A stretch of 64,000 nt of DNA. Origin: a bacterium (GTDB lineage: Bacteria; Zhuqueibacterota; Zhuqueibacteria; Zhuqueibacterales; Zhuqueibacteraceae). A program made the position numbers and the translations under genes. Shown here one piece after another: positions 10,728 through 17,911 of this stretch (positions are counted from its first letter, which is position 1; the number at the start of each line of letters is the position of its first letter). The notes beneath the pieces are model-generated. The model was not told the origin of the DNA and made no database searches. It saw nothing but the letters and a program-made list of their open reading frames with translations. The DNA lies in assembly GCA_044869275.1 (NCBI GenBank), contig JBIOXB010000241.1:1-64000 (forward strand). Reading direction: 5' to 3'.

Positions 10728-10782
10728 GAGGCGAAGCCGTACGCAGTTGAAAAACGACTTCAACAATAGGGAAAAAAGTCCT

Positions 10783-10996
10783 TTAATGCAAGGGGTTTGT
10801 TTGGAGGTTCGGCGCGCGGTCCATAGCCAGCGCAATGTCGGCGTGGCATTTCCGGCACGCCTGCTCCGTGATCGCGCGATTGCGCGGCGTGATCGCAATA
10901 GGAATGACCTTTGGCATAAATAAAAGTGTATCCACCAATCCCGGCAGCAGCGCCAAGAAGGACGCCGACAGCGACAATTTGAAAATTAAGATTCAT
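10783..10996 (-). pseudogene. nrfH: Remnant of cytochrome c nitrite reductase small subunit NrfH with a large internal deletion
   Basis: N-terminal TM segment ...GAAAGIGGYTFIYAKGHSY is joined out of frame to PIAITPRNRAITEQACRKCH (last CxxCH). The intervening heme motifs are missing. Confidence 0.7.
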
Positions 10997-11002
10997 AGAG
11001 GT

Positions 11003-11147
11003 CAAAACCCAAAATCCAAAGCCCAAAATCCAAATGAATCTCAGGTTCCAATCACCAACCATCCATCTTTTGGGCATCTGAAGTCTGGAGATTGGGGGCC
11101 ATTGCCGATTGAATCTCATTGGATTTTGTGCTTTGCGCTTTGATATT
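11003..11147. repeat. Heptamer-periodic inverted-repeat element (CAAAATC-type)
   Basis: Left arm CAAAACC-CAAAATC-CAAAGCC-CAAAATC-CAAATGA; right arm TCATTGGATTTTGTGCTTTGCGCTTTGA is its approximate reverse complement. Confidence 0.75.
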
Positions 11148-11163
11148 TCCCATCAAGGTTGAG

Positions 11164-13344
11164 TCACTTCGCGTGCCGCAGATGCACCTCCACTCTGCGG
11201 TTGAGCATGCGGCCTTCGGGCAGGCGATTGTCGGCGAGTTGCGCACTTTCGCCATAGCCTTGATGCGACATGCGGCCGGGTACCACGCCCAGTTGGGTCA
11301 ATTCGCGCTGTACATTGCGCGCGCGCTTGATGGAAAGCTGATAATTGTGTTCGATCTCGCCGATTTCGTCGGTGTAACCGTTGAGCGCGCAAGCGGCGTC
11401 CGGCTCGGCCGCCAGCTTGACGGCGATCTGGCGCAATTTCGCGCGCAGCCGCGCCGAAGTGCGGTCCAATTCATATTCATCGAACGCAAACAGGATGAGG
11501 GGAATCTTTTCGATGTGCATGGTCGCGGTGCGCGTTTGCTTGCTGGCAATCCTCACCGCCGGTGTGTGGAACTCCTGTCCGGCACCATCCACCAGTCTCA
11601 GCGTGCCACGCACCTCCCTCCAAAAGCTGGACATGCGCTCGGGATCGAATTGCCAGTTCCACCAAATCGTGTCCGGCACATTCGCTTTTCCGCGTAACAC
11701 TTCAATGGTGTCGGAACGCGACATGATGGTGAGCTGCCAATGGCGCAAGCCCGCACCGGGTTGCAAGTTTTTCACGACAAAGCCGCATTGCTGTGGCAGC
11801 GCGTCGATTTCCTTTTTCTCGGAAAAGATGGGCGCGAAGATCGTTTCCTCCCATGCGGCCGGCACCACGAGATCGACGCGTTGCAATTCTTCCAAGCGCA
11901 AGGGATCGTGCGTCGAAGCTTCGGCAATTTCCGGCTGGCCGATTTCTGCGCGCACTTGCCGCGCCTCGACCTGCAAAACGTTGACGAGATGGTCGCGCAC
12001 ATACTGCGCGCGCTGCCGCGATATTTCTTGGGGGTTCATTTCCACCGGCGCGCCGGGACTGAACCCGCGCACGGCCACCACAGCATCGGGATGTGCCCGC
12101 AAACGATCGGCAACGATGTTGAGCAAATTTCGATACGCCGAGTTGATCTCGCGCACGCTTTGATAGAATTTTGCGCTTTGTGTTTCCGGCAGCAAATCAT
12201 AACGCGAGGGCGCCAGCGTGTAGGAGTCTTTGCCAAAGAACACCCGCGGAATCAATGGCAGCTCTTCGCGAATCTCGCGCGATTCGGTGATCACCACGGT
12301 ATCCACCGTGGCCTGCAAACCAGCAAACAATGGCGGCGTCTTCGCCATGATCAAATTGACGTTTGCTTCGTCTTGCTCACGAAGTCGAGTCGCAGCCTCC
12401 TCCCGGCTGGTTTTCGGCTTGAATTCGTACTGCAACCCGAATTCGTGCGAGCCGGCGCTGACCAAGTTCAAATCGCTCGTGGGCAAATTGAAACTGTAAA
12501 ACAAAGAAGCGTTCCGGCGCAGCACCAATTGCCCGTCGAGCGCGGCATTGTTCAGGGCAAAACCCAGGCGCAGCCGGCCGATCGCTTGATCGAAAAACTC
12601 CGCGCCCAGAATCGGCCGGAACTGGTTTTGCCAGTAATGCGCACCCAGATCGACACGGGCAAAGTTTTTGGTCAAGCCGAGGCCCAATATTGTCTCGAGC
12701 GGCTGCCGAAACTCGCTGCTGCCCAGAGAAATGCGGGGCTGGGTGAAATGCCGCAACGCTGCCGCCAGGCTGATCATGTCATTGCATTGATAAATCGCGC
12801 CGACGCTGGGATCGAAGACGGAAATGCCATTGCCCTTTTGAAAAACTGGGTCGCGGGGATCGACGCCGTCGAAATTCTCGGAGTTGTAACTGCGCGAGTG
12901 GAGCGCAAGATCGATGCCGAAATGAAGCTGAGCATTGAAGCTTTTCGCCAACGCCAAACCAAAAATCGATTCCGCATAAAGTGGGGTGGAAAAGTACTGG
13001 CTATGAAAGCCCGCTGCAATTTGCCAGGCGGTGAATTTTGGGGAGGAAATATTGAACCGTGAGGATTTTAATCCGAACGTATTGTTCTCCAAAATGCCGG
13101 GATAAATCAATTTCAGCCCGAGATACGTGCGCGGCAGTGTGGCTGCGGCAACTGCGGGGTTGACATACAGCGCCCGTGGGTCGCTGGTATTGGCGGGGTT
13201 CACTGCGATGGCCAATTGGCCAAATGCAGTTTCGTGCTGGAAAATTAAAATTCCCCAAACCAAAAGCGCAAAGCCTCCAGCACCACGCCCAGTGGCGCTA
13301 TGGCTTCTTTTCCGCACGCGGTTGATGTGCACTGAGGTGTTCAT
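11164..13344 (-). CDS. Outer-membrane protein: PorP/SprF-like beta-barrel fused to two OmpA-like peptidoglycan-binding domains
   Basis: YVNPAVA early; HFTQPRIS; YSFNLPTSDLNLVSAGSHEFGLQYEF (PorP/SprF-like barrel end). Canonical OmpA C-terminus GYTDEIG..N.QLSIKRA..GYGE..NRRVE plus a degenerate second copy mid-protein. Confidence 0.72.
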   Translation of the reverse strand: MNTSVHINRVRKRSHSATGRGAGGFALLVWGILIFQHETAFGQLAIAVNPANTSDPRALYVNPAVAAATLPRTYLGLKLIYPGILENNTFGLKSSRFNISSPKFTAWQIAAGFHSQYFSTPLYAESIFGLALAKSFNAQLHFGIDLALHSRSYNSENFDGVDPRDPVFQKGNGISVFDPSVGAIYQCNDMISLAAALRHFTQPRISLGSSEFRQPLETILGLGLTKNFARVDLGAHYWQNQFRPILGAEFFDQAIGRLRLGFALNNAALDGQLVLRRNASLFYSFNLPTSDLNLVSAGSHEFGLQYEFKPKTSREEAATRLREQDEANVNLIMAKTPPLFAGLQATVDTVVITESREIREELPLIPRVFFGKDSYTLAPSRYDLLPETQSAKFYQSVREINSAYRNLLNIVADRLRAHPDAVVAVRGFSPGAPVEMNPQEISRQRAQYVRDHLVNVLQVEARQVRAEIGQPEIAEASTHDPLRLEELQRVDLVVPAAWEETIFAPIFSEKKEIDALPQQCGFVVKNLQPGAGLRHWQLTIMSRSDTIEVLRGKANVPDTIWWNWQFDPERMSSFWREVRGTLRLVDGAGQEFHTPAVRIASKQTRTATMHIEKIPLILFAFDEYELDRTSARLRAKLRQIAVKLAAEPDAACALNGYTDEIGEIEHNYQLSIKRARNVQRELTQLGVVPGRMSHQGYGESAQLADNRLPEGRMLNRRVEVHLRHAK

Positions 13345-13656
13345 GCCTGAGTTCTGCTTTTGTGGGCGATAAATTCTCTTTGGTTCCTGCTCGGATTATG
13401 TTAATCCAATTTCTTAAAAAAGCAAGCTCCCATTTTCAGAAAAACAAAAGGTGATTGCTCTCAAGGAGCAATCACCTTTCTTCACAACGCGTTACTTTTT
13501 ACGAAAATAATCCGTGCAGCGTAGTGCGTAAAGCGCTTCAACCTGTTTGGTTGCAGGGCAGAATACGCAGCTCCCTACCTCGCCCCCGAAAAGCAGGGAT
13601 CTTGCCAATTGTACACCGATTGCCCGCCGATCACGAGGTGATTCTTGCCGCAAGCG

Positions 13657-14058
13657 TCATTGCAGTTCCCAAGTATTCCCGGTTTGCGTTTGCATCCGCA
13701 GTGCGCATTTATCTGAGACCGCCTTGAAAGTCAGAATGTTGCCGTCAAACTCATAAGTATAAGTGCCCCTCTCCGCGCCGTTACACGTCTGGAAACTGCC
13801 CTCGAGTACGATCGCATTCTCGTGCAATGTATAGGTTCCTTTCTTGACGATCGGCGTCTGATCCAATAAGATGGTATAGGTGAAATCGTCCCTGAATATC
13901 TCCTCCCATTTGCCGTCACTGCTGCTTGCCGCAAAGGCCCCAATAGGGAAAGCGTTCCCTTGGATCGAATGCGCTACCGGAGCCTTTTCACTGCAGCCGG
14001 CTGAGAACAAGACCATCGCCTGCAAAATGACAAGCGAAAATTTGATTGAAGCTTGCAT
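13657..14058 (-). CDS. Small lipoprotein of unknown function (beta-rich)
   Basis: Start MQASIK (ATG 14058, GAGGGG RBS); lipobox LFSAG-C; 133 aa. Confidence 0.7.
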   Translation of the reverse strand: MQASIKFSLVILQAMVLFSAGCSEKAPVAHSIQGNAFPIGAFAASSSDGKWEEIFRDDFTYTILLDQTPIVKKGTYTLHENAIVLEGSFQTCNGAERGTYTYEFDGNILTFKAVSDKCALRMQTQTGNTWELQ

Positions 14059-14109
14059 GATACACCCCTCTGTGAATGGTGAAAGTCTTAGCCGGTCACG
14101 TTTTTTGAA

Positions 14110-14125
14110 CTCCAAAAACATGCCA
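14110..14125 (-). promoter_or_regulatory. Sigma54-like -24/-12 element (copy 2)
   Basis: TGGCATGTTTTTGGAG (GG-N10-GA variant) about 50 bp upstream of the lipoprotein ATG. Confidence 0.5.
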
Positions 14126-14249
14126 CAAAACAAACACGCCACTCAGGCTGGTCATCGACTAACCTAAGTGGCTTGTCTAAAATTAAGTTGCCGACGGTTG
14201 AACCAGAACCAGCAGTCTGCCCAGCGAAGATTAAGTCGGGAAAAGAGTG

Positions 14250-14295
14250 CGTAAAATCTCGTAAATCATACGAACACGTTACGACTGCCTTACGA
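14250..14295. promoter_or_regulatory. Putative enhancer (EBP-binding) array, copy 2
   Basis: CGTAA/TTACGA half-sites at about 10-bp periodicity, including TCGTAA-N3-ATACGA at 14259-14273. Confidence 0.55.
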
Positions 14296-14377
14296 CTTTA
14301 TGGTTATTGACTTTAGTCGGCCCACGAGACCAAGGCAAAGGCCACCTATCATTCTCAGCTACACGCCATTTTAACGC

Positions 14378-14470
14378 TCAAAAATGCGGCCTTCGCCAAC
14401 CATTTCCGCAGGCGGTGAGATGGAAAGCGGCTACAAAGAATACGAGGAATGACCCAACCCTGTTCTTCAT
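14378..14470 (-). pseudogene. Truncated lipoprotein gene (signal peptide plus 9 residues)
   Basis: RBS GGAGGGG, then MKNRVGSFLVFFVAAFHLTAC-GNGWRRPHF*. Intact lipobox LTAC followed by an early stop. Confidence 0.6.
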
Positions 14471-14507
14471 GATTCCCCTCCATGAGTTTTGACACGCGTT
14501 TTGTAGC

Positions 14508-14602
14508 GTCATTCCTGCAAACGCAGGAATCTCCTGTTTCAAGCATTAGATCCAGAAATCTAATCAAGGAGATTCCGTCCCGAAGTCTCGGGGCGGAATG
14601 AC
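14508..14602. repeat. GTCATTCC...GGAATGAC palindromic REP/MITE-like element
   Basis: GTCATTCCTGCAAACGCAGGAATCTCC ... GGAGATTCCGTCCCGAAGTCTCGGGGCGGAATGAC: terminal inverted repeats, each with an internal hairpin. Confidence 0.7.
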
Positions 14603-14651
14603 AGTCGAGGACTGGTGAGTTATAATAGCAGTTCCCCTCGAAATCATTGCC

Positions 14652-14667
14652 TTCAAAAAATATGCCA
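14652..14667 (-). promoter_or_regulatory. Sigma54-like -24/-12 element (copy 1)
   Basis: TGGCATATTTTTTGAA (GG-N10-GA variant), homologous in position to 14110-14125. Confidence 0.55.
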
Positions 14668-14799
14668 TAAAACGAACAAGCCACTTCGACCGGTCATCGA
14701 CCAGCTTAAGTGGCTTGTTTGACAATCAATTGCAGATTGTCCTGCTAAAGTCAATAACTCGGCGCGCCGCGCTACATTCGGGAAAAAACCCTGCGAAAT

Positions 14800-14814
14800 T
14801 CGTAAGTCTTACGA
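14800..14814. promoter_or_regulatory. Putative enhancer palindrome, copy 1
   Basis: Perfect TCGTAA-GTC-TTACGA immediately after the EBP stop codon. Confidence 0.6.
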
Positions 14815-14819
14815 CGGCT

Positions 14820-16376
14820 TTACGGCTTTTTGATGCCGTATTTTTTCATTTTGTGACGTAGAGTGCTCTCGTGAATGCCCAAAACCTTTGCGGCAGCGGA
14901 TTGATTCCAATGGTGTCGTGTCAGCGCTTCGAGCAAGCTGGTTTTTTCGCGGGCTTCACGCATGGCTCTTGAAACCGTCGCCGTTTGCTGCTGCAGCGGG
15001 GAAATCGCCGGCGCGGCTGCTTGCAGTTGCAGCTCCATCGGCAGCAGCTCCGGGGGAATAAAATCGAGATTCTGCTCGGCGAGAATAACCATGCGCTCGA
15101 CCACGTGCTCCAGTTCGCGCACATTGCCGGGCCAGGCATGACTTTCTAATAGAACCATGGTCTCCGGCTTGAAGCCATCAATTTTCTTTCTGTGCTTTGT
15201 CGCCATTTCATTGAGAAAATGGTTCGCGAGCATGGCGATATCTTCCTTTCTTTCGCGCAAGGGCGGCAGCGGAACATTGACCACATGCAAACGAAAAAAC
15301 AGGTCTTGCCGAAACCTGCCAACGGCAACTTCAGCGCGCAAATTGCTGCTGGCTGCCGCGATGATACGCACATCCACCTTGCGCGTTTGCGTGCTTCCCA
15401 CCGGGCGAATCTCGCCCTCCTGAATGGCACGCAAAAAACGGCTTTGCGTTTCCAGAGGCATATTCACAATCTCATCCAGAAAAAGCGTTCCGCTATGCGC
15501 GGCTTCAAACAACCCCTTGTGATCGCTCATCGCGCCGGTGAATGCGCCTTTGATGTAGCCGAATAGTTCGCTTTCCAGCAAATTCGCCGGCAGCGCGCCA
15601 CAATCGACGGCGATAAACGGGCCGTTCTTGCGCGGCCCGTTATAGTGAATGATGCGCGCCACCAATTCTTTGCCCGTGCCATTCTCGCCTTCCAGGAGAA
15701 TCCGGCCCTCGGTCGGAATGACCTTATCCAGCAAGGTAAACATCTCCTGCATTTTAGCACTGTGGCCGATGAGGCCATGAAACGAGTATTTGTCCTGCAC
15801 CTCCCGGCGCAGGCGCGCGGTTTCAGCAAACAGGCTCTCATGCAAACGGGCATGCGCTACGAATTGCGTGCACGGGGTTGCCAGAATCTGCAGCAGTAAC
15901 AATTCTCTTTCTCCAAAAACACCTTCGGGCGTGAGCGCAATCATATTGATCACACCGAGATCATGGCCATGCCACTTCAGGGGAACGCTCAAGATTGAGG
16001 TAACGTCATGATACTTTGCCGGTAAATTCTCCGGCCCGAACGTCGCGAGCACGTCATTGGTCAAAAGCGCGTGGCCGCGCTGCGCAATCCACCCGGCCAG
16101 AAGGCGATTGAGATAATGATCCAGCTTGTTGCCCGCAACCTCGCCATGGCGAATAAGTGTCTTGGCCACTTCCCGGCTGGTGGGCTCGAAAAGCATGATC
16201 GAACCTTGCTGCGCACGGCATAAGCACATGGCCTCGTCGATGATGCTTTTCAGAATCTCATCCACTTGCAGGGAGGAGCAAATGGTTTGCAGCACGCGAT
16301 GGAGGCGTTCGTAGTCGCGAATCTGCTCTTGCCAGCGTTGGTTTTGTGCCGGCAGGTTTTCTACGTCGAGGTCCAT
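14820..16376 (-). CDS. GAF-domain sigma54-dependent transcriptional activator (NifA/FhlA-like bEBP)
   Basis: GAF region, Walker A GENGTGKE, ESELFG..KGAFTGA, LFLDEI, FRQDLFFRL, WPGNVREL, C-terminal Fis-type HTH. Start 16376 or 16388. Confidence 0.93.
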   Translation of the reverse strand: MDLDVENLPAQNQRWQEQIRDYERLHRVLQTICSSLQVDEILKSIIDEAMCLCRAQQGSIMLFEPTSREVAKTLIRHGEVAGNKLDHYLNRLLAGWIAQRGHALLTNDVLATFGPENLPAKYHDVTSILSVPLKWHGHDLGVINMIALTPEGVFGERELLLLQILATPCTQFVAHARLHESLFAETARLRREVQDKYSFHGLIGHSAKMQEMFTLLDKVIPTEGRILLEGENGTGKELVARIIHYNGPRKNGPFIAVDCGALPANLLESELFGYIKGAFTGAMSDHKGLFEAAHSGTLFLDEIVNMPLETQSRFLRAIQEGEIRPVGSTQTRKVDVRIIAAASSNLRAEVAVGRFRQDLFFRLHVVNVPLPPLRERKEDIAMLANHFLNEMATKHRKKIDGFKPETMVLLESHAWPGNVRELEHVVERMVILAEQNLDFIPPELLPMELQLQAAAPAISPLQQQTATVSRAMREAREKTSLLEALTRHHWNQSAAAKVLGIHESTLRHKMKKYGIKKP

Positions 16377-16457
16377 GGATTTTCCCATAAATAATACAGG
16401 AAGTCGGGCTGGACGTGCCGATTTGAGGCTCGCTGTAAGGTCGATCTCGCCCAAGCC

Positions 16458-16514
16458 TCACTTCATTTTGTTTATAACGCTTTTCTTGAAGTGCGAAATG
16501 GTTTGGCCGATCAT
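16458..16514 (-). pseudogene. Stub of a third tandem Ser/Thr kinase copy
   Basis: ATGA-coupled ORF MIGQTISHFKKSVINKMK*. The first 10 residues match the kinase N-terminus. Confidence 0.7.
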
Positions 16515-17911
16515 TTGACCCTCGCCCTTTTCAACATTGCCAGCCGTGCCTTGGCATCGCTCGGTTCTGGCCAGTCTTTATCGGCACTCTTCCAAATGTT
16601 GAGAAATCTCTCATATCGTTCAATGGCTTTGGCGGTTTTGCCGGTTTGTTCGTACAGCTTGGCCAATCTGTAATGAAATCTCGCCGGAATGAGGCGGCGA
16701 TCATTGAGTGCCAGTATTTGATTGAATTCATTTATCGCTTTGTCATACATTCTTTTGACGTGATAACGGCCAGCCAGGTTGCCGCGCGCGCGAATCTCTT
16801 TGGGGTACTTCAGCACAATTTGTTCGAGCAGGGAGTCTGACTTTTGTGGATTCTGTTCGATACTACGGGCATAGGAGCTCTCGATAAAAAGCCTTTCTCT
16901 TTCTGAAATCGGCACTTGCGTCGCTTCTATTTTGCGTTCGGATAGCCCGGCGCCGCGCGAAATTTCCCGGCTCAAGGCGTCAATCTGAGTCTTGAGAATG
17001 CTGGCCACGCCTTCACCTTTGGCGCTGGCGCTGGTTAAGATTTTTTTGGTGCTCACCTCCAGAGCTCTCACATTCGTGGCGAACATGTCACTCGCTTTCA
17101 CAGTTGTATGTGCTATCCCCAGTTTGATTTTCGAAGCTGATCACCGCAATGGGCTTGGGTGCGGCAAGTGCTTCGCTCTCAAATAGACGCGGTTTGAACC
17201 CAAAAGGTCGCCAAACCAGAAGCAGCGCTATCCCCGCCGTTGCCGCACCCCATTTGATTTTTTTATTCCTCAATAGTTTGTCCGCGGTACTGGGCAATCG
17301 CGGGTGCACAAGCGTTTCGGCTCCTTTTGCCACGTGCAATATATCTGTACGGTTATCTACCTCCTCCCCGCGCGCTTGCTCCGGCGACATGTAAGCCATT
17401 GTGCCCACCGTCGAGCCAGTCTTGGTGAGCCGCGGCTGGCCGGATAATTTTGCCAGGCCAAAATCGAGAATCCTGGCTACACCTTCGTTCGTGACGATCA
17501 CATTGGCGGGCTTGAGATCACGATGAATTATCCCATGCGCATGCGCTTTTGCCAAACCTTGTGCAATTTGAATCGCAATTTCAATGGCACTATCCACGAT
17601 CCACGAACCACTATCCACTTTTTTTGCAGCGTCTCGCCTTCATAATACGCCATGGCGATGAACATCTGCCCGTCTTCAGATTCTCTGATTTCATGAACGG
17701 TGCAGATGTTGGGATGATCCAGCGCTGAAGCGGCTTTGGCTTCTTGGACGAAGCTCATCTTTTCTTGTTGGTTTGCGAGCAGATGATGCGGCAAGAACTT
17801 GAGGGCGACGAAGCGGCCGAGCTTCAGGTCCTGGGCTTTGTAAACCACGCCCATTCCTCCTTCGCCAAGTTTGGCCAAGATCTTATAGTGCGAAATGGTC
17901 TGGCCGATCAT
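16511..17911 (-). pseudogene. Decayed second copy of the Ser/Thr kinase-TPR gene
   Basis: Colinear with 17908-20892 but only 1401 bp. One-base loss in an A-tract (7 vs 8) and four internal deletions; split over three ORFs. Confidence 0.9.
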
